Assembly: GCF_006345805.1 (NCBI RefSeq)
Contig: NW_021827658.1
Location: 1-10,023 of the forward strand
DNA length: 10,023 bases
DNA from: Octopus sinensis
Lineage: Eukaryota
Direction of reading: 5' to 3'
Shown: piece after piece, positions 1 through 8,099 of the stretch
How positions within the stretch are numbered: the stretch's first letter is position 1
How the letters are laid out: every line of letters starts with the position of its first letter
The notes under the pieces: model-generated
Told to the model about the DNA's origin: nothing
Database searches by the model: none
Seen by the model: only the letters and a program-made list of their open reading frames with translations
Translations under genes and position numbers: made by a program

Positions 1-617
1 TTTTCTGCGCTTGTTTCTCGTATGTCTAATTCCGGAATTTGTTGTATTTTGAATTCAATTAGATATTCCTTTGCCTGTTTTGTTACTGAGTATGATGCTT
101 TCTTGTTTTCATGTTTTGAGACAAGTTTTAACATCCAGTCCTCAGAATTTTTTCAGTAGATGTCTAGGCCAATTGTGACAATCTTCATTGTTATTGCCAG
201 TTGTAAAAGTCCACGGCCTCCCTCTTTTCTTGGCAGATAAAGTTTCTATATCTGCTTTAGGGTGTGCATTCTATGCTTGTCCACAGTTTTCGTATTTTTC
301 TGTCAAGATTACATATTTCAGTAATTGACCAGTTAACGATACTGAAACTGTAAGTCACGACTGGTATGGCTAAAGCATTGATCGCTTCGATCCTGTTTCT
401 CGCATTCAGCTCTGTCTTGAGTATTGCTCTTACTCTGCGATAACATTCTCTCCTGATCATTTCCTTCATCACTGAATGCCTTATTCCGTCCCCTTTCAAG
501 TACCCCTAGGTATCTGTAGCTCTCCGCTGGGTCTACCTCTTTTATGACATTCTGCTGGTCAAGGTTAACGTTAGATGTTTCTGTCATTTTTTCTTTGATA
601 AAGGTAGATTTTGCACA

Positions 618-620
<3 letters not shown>
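1..620 (-). mobile_element. Decayed R4/Dong-clade non-LTR retrotransposon fragment A (end of RT and thumb/linker), 5'-truncated, continues past window start
   Basis: Minus-strand translation across frameshifts: KCAKSTF...ESYRYLGVLE / GDGIRHSVMKE..RRVRAILKTELNARNRIEAINALAIPVVTYSFSIVNW..LDRKIRKL / HPKADIE / LYLPRKEGGRGLLQL (from 242); typical of RLE-type R4/Dong/NeSL ORFs. Frameshifts and an in-frame stop show it is dead. Confidence 0.85.
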
Positions 621-681
<61 letters not shown>

Positions 682-685
682 TATT
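620..685. repeat. (ATT)n/(TAA)n microsatellite, ~20 units; 3' tail/target of element B
   Basis: Direct reading; abuts the 3' UTR of element B and the truncated 5' end of element A. Confidence 0.97.
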
Positions 686-1816
686 GTCTTTTCACAGCTT
701 CTAACGCTGGAGATGTGCTACGGTGCCAGCTGTTCCCTACCAGTGAACTAAGGTGACACCCCTTAGTTTTCGAGCACCTTCCGGAGTATTCAAGCGGTTC
801 CAAGCAGTGCTGCTTTCTGCAAGTGCTCCACCCTTATTGCAGCCCTATTTGTTCCATGTACTTCTCAAGATTTTTACTCACTATTCCCAGGGCTCCGACA
901 ATTATTGGTACTACTACCATCTTTTTCATCGACCACAACAAACCTCTTAAGCTAACCTGTCATATCTATCGACTTTTCTTTCTTCCTTGTCGCATACCTT
1001 ATTGTCAGCTGGGCATGCTATATCTATGATCCAGCATAGTTTGCTTTTTTTCTCAACACTATGTTTGGTTTCCTATTCTCTATCTCATGATTGCACTGAA
1101 TCATAAAATCCCATAGGATCTTTGCATTATCGTTTACGATGATGCCTTCGGGTTTGTGATCGTACCAATTTTTTGCTTTGTCAAGTCCATACTTTGTCAA
1201 GTCCACTGGACAATCCTTGCTATATTGTCATAACATCTCTTATATTCCTTCTAGGCTTGTGGCGTACATTGGCTGGTTATATGCCATACGGTTTCACCAT
1301 TTTGTCCACAGATTCTGCACTCATCACTTTCTGATGTATTGTCTATTCTGTATTTGATGTAATTGGTTCTTAATGCTTGCTCTCGGGCTGCATAAATTAC
1401 AGCCTCCGTTTCCGGTTTTAAATCACGTTTAGTCATCCATAGCCATCTTTTTTCTATGTCTGTCTTATCTTCAACATCCCCATGAAATTTTCCATGCATT
1501 CTCTTCTTTACCCACCTATTTTCAGTTTTATTCATTCTCAAGTGCTTCTACAATGCTTTATCTTTGCAACCTTCCATCCTACACAAGCCTGACTTTCTTA
1601 CTTCCAATAATAGTAGTTCTGTGGCATTTTTACATACCATGCTATGTTATTTTGTTTTGCTCTAATGCAGTGTTCGCATCCAATAAGTCCTCTTCCCCTC
1701 TTTTTCTTGGTACATATAGTCTGTCTGTGACAGTTTTTGGGTGTAGTAACCCATATCTAGTTAGCAACTTCCTTGTCTTTCTGTCTAAGCTGTTTAGTTC
1801 GTCTACTCTCCATGCA
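686..1816 (-). mobile_element. Decayed R4/Dong-clade non-LTR retrotransposon B: thumb, CCHC knuckle, restriction-like endonuclease, stop and short 3' UTR; 5'-truncated
   Basis: WRVDELNSLDRKTRKLLTRYGLLHPKTVTDRLYVPRK (1642-1816); MHGKF..W..LKPETEAVIYAAREQALRTNYIK..CRICGQNGETVWHITSQC (CCHC); NWYDHKPEG..KILWDFMIQ..RKPNIVL (PD decayed to PN) ..IIDIACPAD..KVDRY..VVPIIVGALG..LQKAALLGTA*ILRKVLEN* (TAA at 765-763), then 77 nt UTR and (TAA)n tail. Confidence 0.92.
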
Positions 1817-1845
1817 ATTATTACTATTACTATTATCACTAGTCT

Positions 1846-1877
<32 letters not shown>

Positions 1878-1905
1878 TTATTATTATTATATTATTATTA
1901 TTATT
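1817..1905. repeat. Degenerate (ATT)n tract
   Basis: Direct reading; impure 1817-1846, nearly pure 1847-1905. Confidence 0.95.
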
Positions 1906-2449
1906 GAGTGAGAGAGCAGTTCATGCCATCAAAGTGACACTGGGGTAAAATATACGAAGCCCAATATACCCATCATGACTACCCGTCTGATAAGGGTACA
2001 CCAGGCACATGCATCACAAACCAATGTGCGCGACATGGTGATCCATATCAAGATAAACGCACATGACCTTGCAGGTGGGGCCCAGTTAGAATTTTCTTCA
2101 GGTTGAGTAGCCCATCCCGCTCAAAAGGTCCCTGAATAAGGGTTGTTTAAGGATGTTGAACGACACACCCATGTATCCAGAGGTGAATTATTCAAACCCC
2201 AAAGAATCCCTCTCAACACATGGCTATGATGCTCCCCCACTACATCTGCTCGTGATCAGATATGCACATATCGTCAGCCACTAAGGGACATGGTCAACTG
2301 GTTAAAGTCAAACAACTGACAAGAAAATCTGTGGTATTGAGCAGAATATTTGCTGTAGCCCATCTTTTATACCAAGACAAAACAATGTACATGATAACAC
2401 TTCCAATCAGTTAAGATCAGAAGCCGTGAGAGCCACTGCCTGGTACTGC
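1906..2449 (-). mobile_element. Unclassified ~545 bp non-coding interspersed element bounded by (TAA)n on both sides
   Basis: Complex, more GC-rich segment with sharp microsatellite boundaries, no ORF >=60 aa and no recognisable RT/RLE peptide; minus-strand end ...CTCTCTCACTC(AAT)n mirrors the tail polarity of element B. I recall it as a high-copy Octopus repeat (unverified); strand inferred. Confidence 0.5.
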
Positions 2450-2476
2450 ATTATTATTATTATTATTATTATTATT
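2450..2476. repeat. (ATT)9 microsatellite
   Basis: Direct reading. Confidence 0.95.
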
Positions 2477-2650
2477 GGCAGAATCGCAGTCGGTACTTCT
2501 TTCAACACTTCCGAGTTCAAATTACGCCGTGGCCGATTTTGCCTTTTATCCTTCCGGCACCAATAAAATAAATACCAGTGGAGCACTAGGGAGTCGATGC
2601 AATTGCCTTATCCGCCTCCCTCTCCCCTCCAAAATTCTACAATTTGAAAT
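2476..2650 (+). mobile_element. Diverged tRNA-derived SINE with internal deletion
   Basis: A-box-like TGGCAGAATCG (2476-2486), B-box GAGTTCAAAT (2513-2522), then body GCCGTGGCCGATTTTGCCTTTTATCCTTCC..AATAAAATAAATACCAG homologous to the SINE at 3498-3631. Confidence 0.75.
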
Positions 2651-2827
2651 CATCATTATTATTTCATTTCATTATTATCATCATGATCCTCCTCCTCCTC
2701 CTCCTCCTCCTCCTCCTAAACATCATCATCATCTTCTTCTTCTTCTTCTTCTTCTTTTTCTTCATCTCCTTCTTCTTCTTCTTCTTCTTCTTCTTCTTTT
2801 TCTTCTTCTTCTTCCTCCTCCTCCTTA
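2651..2827. repeat. Compound trinucleotide repeat (CAT/CCT/CTT)
   Basis: Direct reading; (CCT)~10, (CAT)4, interrupted (CTT)n, (CCT)4. Confidence 0.95.
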
Positions 2828-2975
2828 TTTTACAGCCTGTTTCTGCTTAAGTCTCCATGCCAAAGTAACTTGTGTGATTCTGATAATGCACGCCATAAAT
2901 TTCAAGATTTGGATGGGGTGACGAGATGGGGGACACGGTTACACATTAAGGAGTTTTGTTTGTAACGTGCAGATA

Positions 2976-3009
2976 AGTAGTAGTAGTAGTAGGAGGAGGA
3001 GGAGGAGGA
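2976..3009. repeat. (AGT)n(AGG)n compound repeat
   Basis: Direct reading. Confidence 0.9.
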
Positions 3010-3109
3010 ATCCGATTGCTAGTGGTAACCGTGTAGTTAGTCCCTCTACGGCCAGATTTCGCATAAAGCTAATTTTCTTAAACACATGCACACACACTCT
3101 CTTACAAAT

Positions 3110-3295
3110 TATGTGCGTGTGTGTGTGTGTGTGTGCGTGTGTGTATACAGGCACACATATACATACAATGCATGAATGTATGTTTCTATTTATTTGTATA
3201 TATGAATAAACATATATACAAATACATATGCATTGTATATCTATCTACCTACCTATCTGTCTGTCTATCTGTCTGGTTGTCTGTTTATCTATCTA

Positions 3296-3345
<50 letters not shown>

Positions 3346-3400
3346 GTCTATTTGTCTCTCTCTATCCGTCTGTCTGTCTGTCTCTCTCTCTATCTGTATG
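3110..3400. repeat. Low-complexity block: (TG)n, TA-rich, (TCTA)n/(TCTG)n
   Basis: Direct reading; pure (TATC)n about 3298-3345. Confidence 0.9.
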
Positions 3401-3461
3401 TACGAGGTGGTATCAATAAGCTCCCGGAATAGTTGTGTTTAATAAAAAGTAACTTATATAT

Positions 3462-4654
3462 CTAAGTTTTAACATCATCTCCCTCGAAATAGTCACCCAC
3501 CGAGGTCGACTTAACCTTCCATCCTTTCGGGGTCGATTAAATAAGTACCAGTTACGCACTGGGGTCGGTATACTTGACTTAATCCCTTTGCCTGTTCTTG
3601 TCTGTCCCCTGTGGGCAACAAAGAAATAAAAGAAATAGTCACCTTCCGCAACAATATACCGATCTCAGCGTTCCTGCCACTTTTGGAATCCATACTGGAA
3701 GTCGTTTCCCGTAAGTGAGTCGAGGACCGATTGCTATTCGCTCTGGATCTCGACAACGGTGTTAAAACGGCGACCTTTAAGATGCATTTTCATCTTGAGG
3801 AAGAAACAGAAGTCCGCAGGTGCTAAATCCGGTGAACAGGGTGGGTGCAGAAGCGATGCCATATTTTTGGCCAGAAACTCACGAGTGAGGAGAGAGTGTG
3901 TTATCCTCGTGAAGAAGCTAATTCTTCGATCTCCACAGATTCGGTCCCTTTCGCCGAATCTCCTTCCTCAAACACTTCAAAATGTCGCAGTAAAACTCTC
4001 GATTGATGGTCTGGGTCTGGAGGACGAATTCTCGATGCACAATACCACACATGTCGAAAAAAACAAGCGATGAGCATGCTCTCGATTGAGCTGCGACTCT
4101 GTCGTGCGGGGAGATGAAGGTTTCTTCCATTGTGACAACTGCTGCTTCGTCTCAGGATCGTACTTCTTGACCAACTCTCGTCACCGGTGATGATCCTCGA
4201 CATGAAGAATGGGTCATCAGCGACACGCTGACGGAGATTTTGACAGACTTCGATACGATGTTATTTCTGCTCAGTTGCCAGCAGGCGGGGATCAAACTTG
4301 GCAGAGACACGCCGCATGTTCAATTCAGACGTTAGGATTCCCTGCACGGACCCAATACGACAGACCAACGACTTCAGCAGTGTCACTGATTGTCCTCCGA
4401 CGATCCTCATGCAAAAGCTGATGAATTGACTCCATGTTTCCAGGGGTGACGCACGTGGCAGGTCTTCCAGATCCATCATCGTCTTCCAGGGACTTTCTTC
4501 CGCTTTTGAAGGTCCCGTGTCGCTCGAAACATTGCGTACGACCCATTACCTCGTCGCCGTAAGTTTAACGAAGCATGCTCAATGTCTCTGTAGCTGACTT
4601 CCAAAGTTTAACGCATAATTTCACGTTGGCCCTTTGTTCCAACTTTCTGCCCAT
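3462..4654 (-). pseudogene. Mariner transposase pseudogene
   Basis: MGRKLEQRANVKLCVKL..EDDDGSGRP..EDRRRTI..LNMRRVSAKFDPRLL (WVP-like linker)..IITGDESW..YDPETKQQ..FFDMCGIVHREF..LLHEDN..HPPCSPDLAPADF..LKGRRF..GDYFEGDDVKT*; several stops, frameshifts, small deletions (D34D spacing cannot be counted) and a SINE insertion. Confidence 0.92.
3498..3631 (+). mobile_element. 5'-truncated SINE inserted in the mariner, with 12 bp TSD
   Basis: GAAATAGTCACC duplicated at 3486-3497 and 3632-3643; insert has the SINE body CCGAGGTCGACTTAACCTTCCATCCTTTCGGGGTCGATTAAATAAGTACCAG and A-rich tail AAAGAAATAAAA; removing it restores the transposase C-terminus. Confidence 0.88.
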
Positions 4655-4891
4655 GACAAAATCGCAGACTACAGAGTACTTGTGATTGCGAAAACACAAA
4701 TTTCACAATTTGCGAAGTAAACACAGCAATGTCACTCGGCACACTGCCTCATGAAGGTCACTGCTAGCTCTCACTGCGCATGCAACTGTGTGCTGCCATC
4801 TGTTGGCGCGCTACAGAACAAGTCTGGGAACTTTTTGATACCAGCTGTATGTGTGTGTATGTATGTATGTATGTATATTTAAAATATTAAT

Positions 4892-4896
<5 letters not shown>

Positions 4897-4983
<87 letters not shown>

Positions 4984-4990
4984 TATATAT
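4897..4990. repeat. (TA)n microsatellite, ~39 pure units
   Basis: Direct reading, pure 4897-4975. Confidence 0.97.
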
Positions 4991-5189
4991 AATTACGCAA
5001 TAAATATATTTGTAATCACGTCGCGATAGAGTCACCATGTCCATATAATACACACGTACATCGTTATTTTGTTTTGCTTTATTTTCCATCAATGGTATAT
5101 AAATTAAAATACAATGAGGAAGAGTGTTCAATTAACAGATTTATTATAACAAGCTTTATAATATGTTGTGCGTGTGTGTATGTAGGCAG

Positions 5190-5211
5190 GTGTCTATATG
5201 TATATATATAT

Positions 5212-5251
<40 letters not shown>

Positions 5252-5485
5252 GTGTGTGTGTATATATGTATATATATATATATTTAGTATATATATATAT
5301 GTATATACATGTGCATATATATATATATATACACATATATATACACACATATCATATGCATATATATATATTATATATATATACATATATATATTATATA
5401 TACACACATATAAATATATATATATATACACACATATAAATATATATATACACACATATATGTATGTATGTATGTATGTATGTAC
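5190..5485. repeat. Degenerate TA/CA/TG low-complexity tract ending in (TATG)n
   Basis: Direct reading. Confidence 0.92.
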
Positions 5486-6011
5486 GTGTGTTTGTGTATG
5501 TTTATGTTGAATGTAAATTATGAAAAAATTATGTAATTACAATTTTCTCAGTGAACCAAACATGAAACAAAAGTTTTAATCAACAAAAAAAAAACCCATC
5601 GAAACTATAATATTGTTATTTCGATTTGTGAAATTTTAATAAAACTGCAGTGTTTCATTCTATTGATGAAATATGTGATAAATGCAGGGGGTATATTTCC
5701 CATTTAGGGAGGAGACGATATATTTCCCTGAGGTGTAGCCCTTTTATAGACAACGTCGCCATCAAGCATCCTTCTTTGTGTTATGTATGTCAGTTATGAC
5801 ATCCCACGTTAACCAATTTTCAGAGTTAGTTCCTTCTTTTTAATATCAAGGATGAGTAACTGGTCTTAATTCATGCATGCATAAATACATACCATCATGC
5901 ATGCATAGATACAACGTATATATACGCATACGTAAGACGAAACATGCAAATAAACACATGTAGTGACATCAAGGCATGCAAATGTACATGCAAAAGCTAC
6001 ATTACAGTGAA

Positions 6012-6026
6012 GATAGATAGACAAAC

Positions 6027-6106
<80 letters not shown>

Positions 6107-6174
6107 GGATAGATAGATGGATAGATGGATGGATAGATAGATAGATGGATAGATAGATAGATGATAGATGGATG

Positions 6175-6225
<51 letters not shown>

Positions 6226-6240
6226 GATAGATGGATGGAT

Positions 6241-6320
<80 letters not shown>

Positions 6321-6377
6321 TAGATAGATAGATAGATAGATAGATGATAGATAGATAGATAGATAGATAGTAGATAG

Positions 6378-6420
<43 letters not shown>
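6012..6420. repeat. (GATA)n satellite-like tract, ~410 bp, with GATG and GAT variants
   Basis: Direct reading. Confidence 0.97.
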
Positions 6421-6421
<1 letters not shown>

Positions 6422-6581
6422 CACACATACATACAAAATTTAGGCTGGAAGTTCACATAAAATTTTAAGCTGAGAGTTCACATTAGTTTAAAGTTCTACT
6501 AAATGGATGGTGGTTTAAAGATAAGAGCTGTTGCTAAAGTACAGCCATATTACAGTAGCCAAAATCGTAATTTCTGTATAG

Positions 6582-6714
6582 CTGAGAGCTTCGACATCCT
6601 AATCGCCCGTGAACAACAACTCGGCAAAAAATCCGGTGCTCGTCACCATCTGCAAAACACGACACTCACAAGATCTGCCTCAATAAACAAAAAACGTATT
6701 CCTGACCAAGTTGA
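6582..6714 (+). CDS. Candidate internal coding exon of an unidentified host gene (133 bp, phase 1 to phase 2)
   Basis: Acceptor TAATTTCTGTATAG| and donor GA|GTAAGA; only one open frame: (x)ESFDILIAREQQLGKKSGARHHLQNTTLTRSASINKKRIPDQV; 46% GC (61/133) in AT-rich surroundings; not TE-like. Protein not recognised. Confidence 0.45.
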
Positions 6715-6877
6715 GTAAGATCTGCTTTGCCTCATCCACATACTCATACACATACAACAACACAATACCAGCTTGCACTACCACAATGCATTATGGTCAC
6801 ACACCAAACAACATATGGACACCTTTAGCACACGTATCTGGCTGTCCTGGCCTGCTTGCTTGGGCCTTCAGCGCCGA

Positions 6878-6878
<1 letters not shown>

Positions 6879-6915
<37 letters not shown>

Positions 6916-6976
6916 ACAACTCACACACACATATATGTAGATGTATGTATGTATGTATGTATGTATGTATGTATGT
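6879..6976. repeat. (CA)n followed by (TATG)n
   Basis: Direct reading. Confidence 0.93.
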
Positions 6977-6978
6977 GG

Positions 6979-7228
6979 TTTTTTACTTGTTTCAGTCATT
7001 TGACTGCGACCATGCTGGAAAACCGCCTTTAGTCGAACAAATGGACCCCAGGACTTATTCTTTGTAAGCCTAGTATTTATTCTATCGGTCTCATTTACCG
7101 AACCGCTAAGTTACGGAGATGTATACACTGTAACATGAGTGGTCAAGTGGTGGTGGCGAGGGGGTGGTAAACAGACACAAAAATACATATATACATACAT
7201 ACATATATATATATATATACATACATAC

Positions 7229-7260
<32 letters not shown>

Positions 7261-7425
7261 CACAACGGGCTTCTTTCAGTTTCCATCTACCATATCCACT
7301 CACAAGACTTTGGTTAGCTTGAGGCTATAGTACAAGACAATTCCCAAAGTGTCACGTAGCGGAACTGAACCCAGAACCGTGTGGTTGGGAGGTAAGCTTC
7401 TTACCACACAGCCACGCCTCCGCCT
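6979..7425 (-). mobile_element. Full-length tRNA-derived SINE with internal microsatellite
   Basis: A-box TGGCTGTGTGG (7414-7404), B-box GGTTCAGTTCC (7371-7361), CORE-like TTTGGGAATTGTCTT after the head, internal (TA)/(CATA) tract ~7185-7262, 3' end ..CAGTCAAATGACTGAAACAAGTAAAAA. Confidence 0.88.
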
Positions 7426-7426
7426 G

Positions 7427-7572
7427 TACATACATACGCAGACATACATACATACATACATACACTACATACATAACTACATACATACATACATACATAC
7501 ATACGTACATACGTATATATATATTATATATATATATATATATAATATATATATATAATATATATATATATT
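7427..7572. repeat. (CATA)n then (TA)n
   Basis: Direct reading. Confidence 0.93.
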
Positions 7573-7848
7573 ACAGTCTAATCTAGCGATGGTCTACCTT
7601 TTGGGTAGCTCCCGTGCATGTCAACCTTCTGACAATCTCTATACAACACGAGAGGACCCGTACCTTCCTTGTTACGTTAGTAGATTACTGGAATTTCGGC
7701 TGCCGTACAAGACTTCGGATGAATACTGGAGTGGTTTCCTATTGTCTTCTCCTGGCACGTGGAATTTGAACTCAGGCTGTAGAGAGCCGGAAGATATACC
7801 GTAAAGCATTTCTGCTAACGAACCAATGATTCTGACACTCTCCCACCC
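7573..7848 (-). mobile_element. SINE with tRNA-like head and RTE/Bov-A-like segment
   Basis: Head GAGAGTGTCAGAATC..GAAATGCTTTACGGTA..GAGTTCAAATTCC (B-box 7773-7761), same head type as the SINE at 2476, followed by GGAGAAGACAATAGGAAACCACTCCAGTATTC (7752-7721). 3' boundary uncertain. Confidence 0.6.
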
Positions 7849-7850
7849 GC

Positions 7851-7962
7851 AGAACAACATGAAATGAAGTGTTTTGCTCAAGGACACAACGCGCCGCCCA
7901 GTCCTGGAATCGAACTCAAGGTCTACTGATCGTGAGTGCAACATGCTAACCACTAAGCCATA
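7851..7962 (-). mobile_element. 3'-truncated tRNA-derived SINE (head plus CORE-like start)
   Basis: A-box TGGCTTAGTGG (7960-7950), B-box GAGTTCGATTCC (7917-7906), then TTGTGTCCTTGAGCAAAACACTTCATTTC. Confidence 0.75.
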
Positions 7963-7971
7963 TACATAAAT

Positions 7972-8028
<57 letters not shown>

Positions 8029-8080
8029 GAGAGAGAGAGAAAGAGAGAGCGAGAGAGAAAGAGAGAGAGAGAGAGGAGAG
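7963..8080. repeat. Compound (CATA)n(CA)n(TA)n(GA)n
   Basis: Direct reading. Confidence 0.93.
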
Positions 8081-8099
8081 ATACACCACCGACATTTCG

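Larger units (their letters stand above)
3403..4847 (-). mobile_element. Mariner (DD34D-type Tc1/mariner) DNA transposon, near full length, decayed
   Basis: Left TIR CGAGGTGGTATCAATAAGCTCCCGGAAT (3403-3430) vs reverse complement of right TIR CAGCTGGTATCAAAAAGTTCCCAGACT (4847-4821), 22/28 by manual alignment; TA at 3401-3402 and 4848-4849; internal transposase remnants. Confidence 0.95.

Noticed and set aside
2255-2280. CTGACGA plus hairpin on the minus strand, resembling a hammerhead core; HDV-like fold also tried around 2060-2130
   Set aside because: No GAAA after the stem and no consistent nested pseudoknot by eye; a covariance-model search would be needed.
2820-2921. Strong-looking acceptor TTATTTTACAG at 2835
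   Set aside because: The pyrimidine tract is a microsatellite; no convincing donor or recognisable peptide.
544-3442. ORFs rich in poly-I, poly-L, poly-F, poly-P or YLSI
   Set aside because: Translations of ATT, CTT, CCT and TCTA microsatellites, or antisense to the LINE fragments.
3759-4421. Plus-strand ORFs of 104 and 70 aa
   Set aside because: Antisense shadows of the mariner transposase.
4892-6456. Long ORFs up to 196 aa (YI and YLSI repeats)
   Set aside because: Stop-free frames of (TA)n and (GATA)n repeats.
6435-6483. Imperfect 24/25 bp tandem duplication
   Set aside because: Two copies only; ordinary local duplication, not an array or CRISPR.
7350-7962. A/B-box segments as tRNA genes
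   Set aside because: No complete cloverleaf or T-run terminator; they continue into SINE bodies.
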